A stretch of 64,000 bases of DNA from assembly GCA_965221895.1 (NCBI GenBank), contig CBDCSX010000002.1:2356615-2420614 (forward strand), written 5' to 3'. Below are positions 21,501-27,278 of this stretch, piece after piece (the stretch's first letter is position 1; every line of letters starts with the position of its first letter). The stretch is from Dehalococcoidia bacterium (GTDB lineage: Bacteria > Chloroflexota > Dehalococcoidia > Lucifugimonadales > GCA-2712585). Under the pieces are notes generated by a model. It made no database searches. It was not told where the DNA came from and saw only the letters and a program-made list of their open reading frames with translations. A program made the position numbers and the translations under genes.

Positions 21501-22735
21501 ATGCAGACAGTAGCCTGAGCGCGGGGACGGCCTACACCTACCGGATACGCGCCGTGAACGCCGTGGGCAACGGCGGTTGGTCCAACGAGGCCAGCGCCAC
21601 CACCGCGAACACCGCGAACACCGCGCCCGAAGCCGTCGACGACCTCGCGGCCACGTCGGCGGGCGCCAGCGTCATCAACCTGATGTGGACGGCGCCCGGC
21701 AACGGCGGCAGCGCCATCACCGGCTACCGCCTGGAACGCAAGACGGGCGCCGGGAGCTACGCCGTCGTCTCGTCGAGCATCGCGGCCAACGCTACGAGCT
21801 ATGCAGACAGTAGCCTGAGCGCGGGGACGGCCTACACCTACCGGATACGCGCCGTGAACGCCGTGGGCAACGGCGGTTGGTCCAACGAGGCCAGCGCCAC
21901 CACCGGGAACGTGGCGCCACCGCCCCCCGTCACGCCACCGGGCGGCGGCGGCGGTGGCGGCGGCATCGGTGGTGGCGCCCCGGCAAACCAGGGGCCGGTG
22001 TTTATAGACCGGCCCAAGGCGAGCCGCTCCGTGCCAGAGGGCACGAGCGAAGGGGCCAGCTTCGGCGATCCGGTGGCCGCCACCGATCGCGACAACGATG
22101 CTCTGACCTACACGCTGAGGGGCGGTGATGCCGACTCCTTTGACATCGACAGGCAAACCGGCCAGCTACTAGTCAAGGCCGCCCTCGACTACGAGACCAA
22201 GGCCAGCTACAGCCTTCGGGCGCGCGTATCCGACGGAGAGGGCGGCAGCGACCTCATCGACCTGACCGTCATGGTCACCGACGTGGATGAGCCACCGGCG
22301 ATAGCGGGGCCAGTCGCGACAGAGTACGAGGAGAACAGTGTCGAAGCCATCGCCGCCTACACGGCCATGGACCCTGAAGGGACAGAGGTGACGTGGTCGC
22401 TTGGAGGTGATGACGCTGGCGCGTTCACCGTCAGCGGCGCCGGAGTGCTGGCATTCAATGCGCCACCCGACTACGAAGCCCCGGCGGACGCGGATACGGA
22501 CAATGTGTATCAGGTGATGCTGCAGGCTACCGACCTAAAGGGCATGATGGGTATGCTCCATATGGTCGTCAGCGTCACCGACGTAGAGAACGAGGGTATA
22601 TGGACCAGGTACGACTTCAACAACAACGGGCTGATCGAGAGGGGCGAGGCCCTAGCCGCCGTCTTTGATTACTTTGCAGACCTCATTACCAAGCAGCAGG
22701 CGCTAGGGGTGGTGTTCCGCTACTTCGCCAGCTGA
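12566..22735 (+). CDS. Giant secreted repeat protein 2 (signal peptide, 4 Ca-loop/GLUG supermodules, cadherin-like, FN3 array, poly-Gly, C-terminal EF-hand/dockerin-like tail)
   Basis: 3389-aa ORF. The N-terminus (MNPCFRRVSGAGRRGLAGFGLLLAALAVATMLLSQSPAAAQD) looks like a signal peptide with an AxA site. There are four modules starting DYD.D.DGLIE...L..L.AIRWDL.G.G. About 10 cadherin-like units and 6 FN3-like units follow, then GGGGGGGGIGGG. The C-terminal tail is YDFNNNGLIERGEALAAVFDYFADLITKQQALGVVFRYFAS. Confidence 0.9.
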   Translation: MNPCFRRVSGAGRRGLAGFGLLLAALAVATMLLSQSPAAAQDAVADYDADGDGLIDVGKLEQLSAIRWDLDGDGAPEPANAADYQAAFPSPVPGMGCPDTDSAPDTPSCIGYELAGDLDFQDDSSYTTASNKTGWTPGISIFSPSAGWEPIGADTGKFSAAFKGNGRIISNLYINRPATDYIGLFGAIDASAEVNGVRLSGGTVLGQNYTGSLAGSNEGKVSESHSTTGVTGGADGGHAGGLVGLSSGSGALIEKSAYLGRVSGSGNGVNVGGLAGAAMGGAVSDSHAAGSVTSTESAGDAAIGGLIGHLGEEGGSSATVSRSYATGLVTAAVTTGTASVGGLIGSVAADAAAVDSYWDTATAAQAASAAGGGKTTAELQTPTTAGGIYQNWDANVWDFGTTAQYPALKVDSNGDGMAGVAELGPQVRAFADYDVDDDGLIEVATLDQLNALRWDLDGDGTTTAAGYVETFPSGINDMGCPTAGCTGYELTRSLDFDDAASYGDQSNKSKWTSGRGWLPIGDSSAGNFAATFHGGGNTISNLFIDRPEVEYVGLFGNTHRDTEIRNVGLIGGRVIGGFYVGALVAHNQGALSAAYSTANVIGVGKTTYVTKSEAGLRVRTPAGKTSYVGGLVGANSGAIESSYAQGDVTAESIERGTAGGLVGSSNRTVTDSYATGTVTVEASELVIAGGLIGLNHRAIVNSYATGAVVGAGFKVGGLVGHGNGAAANSYWDTVTSGRAASRMGEGKTTRELRTPTTHAGIYANWNADTDNADNDGDTATGREVVWDFGTNIQYPALALDFDGDGNVTAAEFNARGAQPPVEFLDGTAAPRSVLEDTPAAQDIGAPVGAVDADGDALTYTMNGADAGHFTIDANTGQLQTRDPVDYETTSSYSLTVTASDGSGNTKDIPVTIQVIDDAIDYDTDDDGLIEIDTLTELHAIRWDLSGNGLPAPAHAALYLATFPNPVIYMGCPTDDTTDANGDGNYVDRTDDADPNDCTGYELTADLDFDENGDKAITDADSAWWNGGSGWEPIGGGDDKFGGVFDGGGNTIANLYINRSSADDIGLFGATDTTAEIRNVGLEGGSVTGQTNVGSLVGTHEGKLSSVYSTASVSGAAENGYAGGLVGALKNSNVGLHHAIIEKSYFAGEAAAAGSGSAVGGLAGGNLGDHIGGLIRDSYSTGTVSNNETTGPSMAGGLVGNNLGKISTSYATGVVTGAFAVGGLTGRNTGVIVSFTPSFYDKITTGQSGGPEAKTTREMRTPFGTSWSDKGIFRSWSRSWDLGTNIEYPALMADYDGDGMATWQEFGDQRQPAPPLEFLDGTAAFRTVPEGAASGQAIDPPVDAKDADGDALTYALSGADQGHFAIVAGSGQLQTSGSLDRAVKTSYEVTVTVADGNGNSRSIPVSITVTAPLVAPNPRNKPPAFSRRGDSRNIAENVPQDTAVGAPVVAVDPDGDTLTYTLRPLQADAHAEYFSIAFDTGQLRTNAPLDYETRNSYLMFVTATDGNGATDTVRIYVYVNDVTVEGQLPDEIVGDYDRDNDGLIEITNLEQLDAIRYDLNGSGIGDGGAGKAGFNPAFPNPVASIGPAHIGCARSDGTASVCRGFELTRDLDFNDDESYADPAAHREAWTSGAGWQPIGTLSRAFTAIFEGNGKTISNLFINRPTGTHIGLFGRLTKTSPIRRLGLVGGSVTGLTNVGSFAGSSQRTYRPSQPNNGGIYKSYSSVDVTGGPGFEARVGGMIGLLHEGRVMEKCYYTGTVRGSGANSEVGGLVGASNGSVNDCYFAGDVENTQDSANNLLGGLVGKNLVAAAIRDSYSIGRTAQSTVSDSGGGLTGHNDSASVHNSYWNTETTGQAVSRKGAGDGAGEGKTTAELQSPTGLTGPYERWNNEHRGAVWDFGADDQYPALVVDFDGDGTPTVSEFGRQRRAVEAANGPPTFDEGATATREVVENTDADAAIGNPLSATDPDAGASLTYGLEASDDHVHFAIDTATGQLKTKAGVTYDYETKDTYTVTVTVHNGKNAAGAADATVDDTIDVTINVTDASERWTPPTGLTIDGRAEPGTFKVRWTAPAAADNTGKPALTGYKVQWRQKLNAILPWAPDWIDFPHTGLGVTAVITGSTATDGTVYTITGRSGSRISAVRVCSLNTDGAKHTEDPKVEQCGAWIGNAVPAFAEPITASRSVAENSPPNTNIGPPVVAVDTDAGDTLVYSLIKLTKETHSARFTIDSATGQLKTKAPLDHEGVKNSYLLEVNVSDGNNGANSILVLITVTDVNEPPEFMSAAYTDPDGNPVLPAPIATATRSFREDAAADAAIGGPVAATDPDTKADPRDTLTYALDTSSGDHASFTIDTATGQLKTKAGVTYNYEAVKNSYTVTVQVRDSKNANGDADTAWDATIEVTITVTDVNEPPTFTDGVSKRISVKEGATSAGIVAATDPEDDMLTYALDTTTGDHADFTIVPGTGALTLNVPASFSKLSYTVVIQVRDSLNAAGAGDTVWDATIEVTITVTNVNDPPTFNEGPTATREVAENTVAETAIGNPIAATEVDTRDTLVYSLAATSDYAHFAIDTGTGQLKTGGALNYEAAKNTYTVTVQVSDGKDADDNPDVSVDDSIAVTITVTDVNEPPDRPSTPTVSAASASSLTVRWSAPANTGPAITGYDYRYKKTSENSWIEVTGGSASALLTAVIASLDGGTSYDVQVRATNPEGTGRWSPTTSATTGTVAPEAVDDLAATATSASAINLAWTAPGDGGSAITRYRLERKTGGGSFSPVSSSIAADATSHTDSGLNAGTTYTYRIRAVNAVGNGGWSSEASATTGSTMPGAPTSLGAAANGQTQIDLSWTAPSSDGGAAISGYKIEVSDDGGTSWANLVTNTSSAATTYRHTGLTADATRHYRVSAINAAGTGAASSAASATTAAPDVPGAPTGLGATANGQTRINLTWTAPGDGGSAITRYRLERKTASGSYSVVSSSIAANATSYADSSLSAGTAYTYRIRAVNAVGNGGWSNEASATTANTANTAPEAVDDLAATSAGASVINLMWTAPGNGGSAITGYRLERKTGAGSYAVVSSSIAANATSYADSSLSAGTAYTYRIRAVNAVGNGGWSNEASATTGNVAPPPPVTPPGGGGGGGGIGGGAPANQGPVFIDRPKASRSVPEGTSEGASFGDPVAATDRDNDALTYTLRGGDADSFDIDRQTGQLLVKAALDYETKASYSLRARVSDGEGGSDLIDLTVMVTDVDEPPAIAGPVATEYEENSVEAIAAYTAMDPEGTEVTWSLGGDDAGAFTVSGAGVLAFNAPPDYEAPADADTDNVYQVMLQATDLKGMMGMLHMVVSVTDVENEGIWTRYDFNNNGLIERGEALAAVFDYFADLITKQQALGVVFRYFAS
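21463..21905 (+). repeat. Recent FN3-unit duplication (143-bp perfect repeat at 300-bp offset) in giant gene 2
   Basis: 21463-21605 is identical to 21763-21905 by direct comparison of the lines. The antisense ORFs 21538..21720 and 21838..22095 share the same C-terminal peptide. Confidence 0.9.
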
Positions 22736-22768
22736 TCCAACCGGACGCCAGGAGGCAGCGAGTTTCCG

Positions 22769-24253
22769 ATGAGCAGAATGATGAGCTTGGCGCAAAGAGT
22801 TGCCGCGGCAGCGCTTGTTGTGAGCATAGCGATGGGGCTGGCGAGCATACTTCACACAAGTCCCGTCGCCGCCACGGAGCACAGCGCCACCAGGCGCTTC
22901 TCCCAGTCGTGGACGCTGACGGGCGGTGAGTTGACGGTAACCATTACCCCCACCGGATACGGAAGTTTGGGGCAGGTGGTGGAGACATTGCCCATGGGTT
23001 TCACCTACATGAGGTCCAGCTTGGAAGCCGCAAGACCCGAGGGCCGTACCGTCGTCTTCACCCTGCTGGGAGATGAGAGTTTCACCTACACGGTAGCAGC
23101 GCCCGCGGAAGAGGGCGTTTACGCCTTTTCGGGGGTACTGAAAGACTCGACGAAGGCGGAAGAGCAGGTGGGAGGCCACTCCGAGATGGTAGTGAGATCC
23201 ACTTCGCCGCCTACACCTACACCAACTCCCACACCCACGGAGCCCAGCGCCACCAGGCGCTTCTCCCAGTCGTGGGCTCTATTAGGTGGCGAATTCGTGG
23301 TAACCATCACAGCTGAAAGGTACGGCGGTCTGGGCCGGGTCGTGGAGACACTCCCCGCTGGCTTCACCTATGTCTCATCCAGCCTGGAGGCGGCCATGGT
23401 CGAGGGCCAGACCGTCAATTTCACCCTAATGGGCGATGACACCTTCACCTACACCGTTATCGCATCCGCAGAGGAAGGCTCTCACTCCTTTGCCGGGGTC
23501 CTGCATGACTCGAACAAGGTCGAACAGCCAGTGGGAGGCTATTCTGCAATAATCGTCAGGGCCACTCCGCCGCCAGCTCCCACCTCAACTCCTACGCCCG
23601 TGGAACCCAACGCCAGCAGGCGCTTCTCCCAGTCGTGGGCTCTTCCGGGCGGTGAGCTTACGGTAACGATCACTGCCACCGGATACGGAGGTTTGGGGCA
23701 GGTCGTGGAGACATTGCCCACCGGCTTCAGCTATGCATCGTCCAGCCTGCCGGATGCGACCGTGGTCGAAGGCCAGACCGTCACCTTCACCCTGCTGGGC
23801 GATGCGGCATTCTCTTACACCGTGACGGCCTCCGCCGAGGAGGGGGGCCACGCTTTTGCCGGAGTCTTGAAAGACGCAGACAGGACCGAACAACCGGTGG
23901 GAGGCTCTTCCCGGATAGTTGTCAGCGTCACTCCCCCAGCGACGCCTACACCCATCCCGACCTCTACGCCCACGCCTGAGCCTACCCCGCCCCCGACGCC
24001 CACGCCTGCGTTGACCCCAACGCCGACCCCGGCGCCAACGCCCACGTTGACCCCAACCCCGGCGCCCACGCCGACCTCTACGCCCATGCCTGCCCCGGCG
24101 CCGACCCCGGCGCCCACGGCGGCGCCCACTCCCACGGTTGCTCCGGCAGTGGTCGAGCGGGAAGAGGAGGGCGGTCTTCCCTGGCTGTGGATCATCGTCG
24201 TGGCCGGGGCAATCTTGGCGATAGGTGGCACAATTGTGTCTGTGCGTCGGTAG
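22769..24253 (+). CDS. Membrane-anchored surface protein: signal peptide, three tandem ~120-aa domains, Pro/Thr-rich stalk, C-terminal TM helix + RR
   Basis: N-terminus [28 protein letters not shown]. The domain [17 protein letters not shown]...YG.LG.VVETLP.GF.Y..SSLE...VEGQTV.FTL.GD..FTYTV.A..EEG.H.F.GVL.D occurs 3 times, separated by PTPTP linkers. A long TPTPxP tract follows. The protein ends [27 protein letters not shown]. It starts 33 nt after giant gene 2. Confidence 0.85.
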   Translation: MSRMMSLAQRVAAAALVVSIAMGLASILHTSPVAATEHSATRRFSQSWTLTGGELTVTITPTGYGSLGQVVETLPMGFTYMRSSLEAARPEGRTVVFTLLGDESFTYTVAAPAEEGVYAFSGVLKDSTKAEEQVGGHSEMVVRSTSPPTPTPTPTPTEPSATRRFSQSWALLGGEFVVTITAERYGGLGRVVETLPAGFTYVSSSLEAAMVEGQTVNFTLMGDDTFTYTVIASAEEGSHSFAGVLHDSNKVEQPVGGYSAIIVRATPPPAPTSTPTPVEPNASRRFSQSWALPGGELTVTITATGYGGLGQVVETLPTGFSYASSSLPDATVVEGQTVTFTLLGDAAFSYTVTASAEEGGHAFAGVLKDADRTEQPVGGSSRIVVSVTPPATPTPIPTSTPTPEPTPPPTPTPALTPTPTPAPTPTLTPTPAPTPTSTPMPAPAPTPAPTAAPTPTVAPAVVEREEEGGLPWLWIIVVAGAILAIGGTIVSVRR

Positions 24254-24775
24254 TACATTCCAGGGGGCCACGACTTCCGGCCACGCGCCCCCGTACCAAC
24301 CTGCCCCCACAGGGGAAAGGGACTCTTCGTCCATATGAGGAATGGGTTAGCCTCCTCCTCCTGAGTTGAGGGGGAGGATTTGAGGTGGGGGACAGCGAAG
24401 CCGTTGTAGGACACCTGGCGCATGCCGCCGCACCCGTTGCGCGCTAGCCTGGGGCTGAGCCGCTTCTCGCACCGGGGGGAGCGGTGGCGAAACCGCTATG
24501 ACCGGCCTTATCTTCACGAGATGCAGAGGAACAGCGACGGCTGGGATCTCCTCCCCTCCGCAGGTGGGATGGCGTGGCCGCCCGCGACCGGATGGAGGTT
24601 CGGGCAGCTTGGCGCTGGGTCACCTGACCCCTTCCTTACAGCGTCACCTCCCACCGAAAAGTTCGCAGTACAGTACGCCCCGGCCCACCATCCCCAAATT
24701 AAGATTCTATCAGCGCCTCGTGATTCGGGGTTTGCATGTCATCGAGGAGGAACCGCGGTGGCGCCTGCTGTCCAC

Positions 24776-25209
24776 ATGAAAGAACGTGCCCTCTCTCGGC
24801 TTCGCGCCGCAATGTCGTACTGGCTTGCGACTACCCGCCCCGACGGTCGGCCCCACTCGATGCCCGTATACGGCGTCGTGATAGGAAATGAGTTTTGGTT
24901 CGGTACTATGGGACAAAAGTCTCGTAACCTGCGTCATCTCAGCCCTACGCCATTCTGCACCACGAAAGCGCCGATGACGTGGCCATCGTCGAGGGTATCG
25001 TTCAGCGATTGGCCATAGCAGATGCCCCTAAAGGCGTCGTGGACGCCTTCCGAGAGAAATACATCGACCCACAAACCGGCCAGCCTTTCGATTTTCTGGG
25101 CGTTCAGCCCCTTGACGTCAAAGCCTGGTTGTACGTGTTGCGTATCAAGGTAGGACATGCATGGCTGGAAGGAGCATTCCCGGAAACTCAGACCCGTTGG
25201 GAGACTTGA
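24776..25209 (+). pseudogene. Pyridoxamine 5'-phosphate oxidase (PPOX)-family gene with an apparent 1-nt frameshift
   Basis: In the first frame, ATG at 24776 gives MKERALSRLRAAMSYWLATTRPDGRPHSMPVYGVVIGNEFWFGTMGQKSRNLRHL. After about 24940 the homology continues in another frame as QPYAILHHESADDVAIVEGIVQRL...YVLRIKVGHAWLEGAFPETQTRWET*. Joined together, the two pieces read like one PPOX-fold protein. Confidence 0.6.
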
Positions 25210-25397
25210 CCGCAGCGGTGCAGGGGAAATAGGGGCGTGTGTATAATATCGCCATGACAACTCCCTCCGCATCTGAATTGGAAACTACTGGATGGGCCTT
25301 GAACTTGAGCAGGGACGCGCGCTGCTGGTGAGGTTTCTCCACAGACTGGAAATCTACTGCTCCCTGCCATAGCTTTGGCCGTTTGAACTGCAATACC

Positions 25398-25991
25398 ATG
25401 AACATCACCAACGGTTTCTTCGACATTCCCCGCGGCAAGATTGCCGCTGTCGTTACATACTTGCAGATGTGCCAACGTCCGACGGCCCGTACGGAACCTT
25501 CGGAAGTGCCATGGAGTCTGCAAAAAACCGAGTTCCCCAACCTTAAAGACTACCGTGCCCTGTTCCGACGAATAGGCCAGGAATGGCTCTGGTTTTCGCG
25601 GCTCCAGTTAAACGACGGCGAGCTTGGCGAAATTCTCAACCATCCTCTCTACGAGACCCACGTGTTCAACGCCTGTGGTGACATGCGAGGTCTGGCGGAA
25701 CTCGACTTTCGATTTGAGGGAGAATGTGAGATCAGCTTCTTCGGGTTGACCTCAGAGATGATCGGCCAAGGGGCTGGCCGGTGGATGATGTACCAGGCGT
25801 TGCAAATCGCATGGTCGCGTCCCATCCGGAGGCTATGGTTGCACACCTGTACCTTTGACCACCCAGGTGCAGTGGCCTTCTACATCCGGTCCGGGTTTGC
25901 GCCCTATCGTCGTCAGATAGAGGTTGCCGACGACCCCAGAACCACTGGTTTGATGCCGAAGAGCGCGGCGTCGCACGTTCCGTTGATATGA
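25398..25991 (+). CDS. GNAT-family N-acetyltransferase
   Basis: GQGAGRWMMYQALQIAWSRPIRRLWLHTCTFDHPGAVAFYIRSGF resembles the GNAT acetyl-CoA-binding core. I chose ATG 25398 over the TTG at 25383 used by the ORF track. Confidence 0.7.
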   Translation: MNITNGFFDIPRGKIAAVVTYLQMCQRPTARTEPSEVPWSLQKTEFPNLKDYRALFRRIGQEWLWFSRLQLNDGELGEILNHPLYETHVFNACGDMRGLAELDFRFEGECEISFFGLTSEMIGQGAGRWMMYQALQIAWSRPIRRLWLHTCTFDHPGAVAFYIRSGFAPYRRQIEVADDPRTTGLMPKSAASHVPLI

Positions 25992-26015
25992 AGAGGGGGC
26001 TAATCACTAGCCCTA

Positions 26016-27226
26016 GGAACACTCTGAACAAGCCCCACTCGTCCATATCGTAGTAGAATGCTAAACAGAGAACAGGAGACGCTTGGGGTGAAATCACGAT
26101 GCACCAGCCGACCTTTGGAGACCTGGAGTACGAGAGCAAGAAGCGTAAGACCCGTCGGGAGATATTCCTTGAGAGGATGGATGGCCTGATCCCGTGGGGG
26201 ATGCTGGAAGAGCGGATCCGGCCGCACTATCCGAAGGCGGGCCGGGGCCGGCGGCCCTACGAGTTGTCAGCGATGCTGCGGATACACTGTGTGCAGTTGT
26301 TCTACAATCTGAGCGACCCTGGGATGGAGGACCTGCTCTACGAGGCGGAGTCGGTGAGACGGTTCGTGGGACTGAGACTCTCAGGCCCGTTGCCGGACGA
26401 GACAACGATACTGAACTTCCGACATCTGCTGGAAGAGCGCCAGTTGGGGCAGGGACTGATGGAGGAGATCAACCGCCACCTGGCAACCCAGGGGCTGCGG
26501 CTGCGGGAGGGGACCATAGTGGACGCCAGCATCATAGAGGCGCCGTCGTCGACGAAGAATGGCGCTGGAGAGCGAGACCCACAGATGCGTCAGACGAAGA
26601 AGGGAAACGAGTGGCATTTTGGTATGAAAGTGCACATCGGGGTGGACTCAGAGACGGGAGTGGTGCATAGCATGAGCGCCACATCCGCCAACGTGCATGA
26701 CGTGACGGAGGCGCACCGGCTGTTGCACGGAAGGGAGAAACGGGTGTGGGGAGATGCGGGGTATCAGGGAGTGGCCAAGAGGGATGAGAATGGGGGGTTG
26801 GACGTGGAGTGGCGGGTGGCCATGAGGCCAGGTAGGCGACGACAATTGGAGCCTGGGAGTGAAGCAGCGGTGGAGGAAAGGCGGAAGGCGTCTATCAGGG
26901 CCAAGGTGGAGCATCCGTTCCTGTGGGTGAAGCGACGCTTTGGGTACGCCAAGGTTCGATACCGGGGATTGGCCAAGAACACGCAACGGCTGGCGTTGCT
27001 GTTGGGGCTGACCAACCTGATAACGGCGGAGCGTCACCTGGCGGCTTCATAGGGCCTAGGTGCGCCCAACTACGAGGTGTGGTCACTACCACGCCCCGAC
27101 TGAAGTGACTTGGGGCCTCACGGGCTTCCCCGCGTACACGGTAAGAACCCCATGTGAGGCTCCTGCGTCTCTTACAACCCCCACGAACTATTATATGTAA
27201 CCCGTGCCACGTTGTTCAGAGGTTCC
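26016..27226 (+). mobile_element. IS5-family insertion sequence (~1.2 kb) with terminal inverted repeats and CTA(G) flanking duplication
   Basis: Left end GGAACACTCTGAACAAG (26016-26032). The reverse complement of the right end is GGAACCTCTGAACAAC (27211-27226). CTA precedes the left end (26013-26015) and follows the right end (27227-29). A single DDE transposase ORF lies inside. Confidence 0.85.
26099..27052 (+). CDS. IS5-family DDE transposase
   Basis: 317 aa. Motifs typical of IS5-group transposases include RRPYELSAMLRIHCVQLFYNLSDPGMEDLLYE, GTIVDASIIEAPSSTKN, WHFGMKVHIGVD, DAGYQG and VEHPF..VKRRFGY.KVRYRGLAKN. Confidence 0.9.
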   Translation: MHQPTFGDLEYESKKRKTRREIFLERMDGLIPWGMLEERIRPHYPKAGRGRRPYELSAMLRIHCVQLFYNLSDPGMEDLLYEAESVRRFVGLRLSGPLPDETTILNFRHLLEERQLGQGLMEEINRHLATQGLRLREGTIVDASIIEAPSSTKNGAGERDPQMRQTKKGNEWHFGMKVHIGVDSETGVVHSMSATSANVHDVTEAHRLLHGREKRVWGDAGYQGVAKRDENGGLDVEWRVAMRPGRRRQLEPGSEAAVEERRKASIRAKVEHPFLWVKRRFGYAKVRYRGLAKNTQRLALLLGLTNLITAERHLAAS

Positions 27227-27278
27227 CTAGTTGAATGCCATCCTCCCATTGAGATATCATTTCTGCTCAGGAGGGCAG

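Noticed and set aside
835-22156. Very long antisense or alternative-frame ORFs inside the giant genes, for example 835..3690(-), 4096..7713(-), 8020..11592(-), 14033..15304(-), 18479..22156(-), plus dozens of 60-240-aa ORFs.
   Set aside because: Their translations are Arg/Gly/Pro/Val-rich low-complexity strings typical of stop-poor off-frames in high-GC DNA. The sense frames show coherent domain repeats. Their periodic identity only mirrors the sense-strand tandem repeats.
23585-24423. ORFs 23585..24334(-) and 23815..24423(-).
   Set aside because: They are antisense to the Pro/Thr-rich stalk of the 22769..24253 gene. Their translations are poly-Arg/Gly low complexity.
24422-24775. The 5' part of track ORF 24422..25018, and ORF 24498..24779.
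   Set aside because: There are no recognisable motifs and the composition is odd. PPOX-like similarity begins only at the ATG at 24776, so I treat the upstream part as non-coding.
26194-27108. ORFs overlapping the IS5 transposase in other frames or on the other strand (26194..26670, 26648..27037(-), and others).
   Set aside because: The 317-aa transposase frame explains the region completely. The alternatives are off-frame artefacts.
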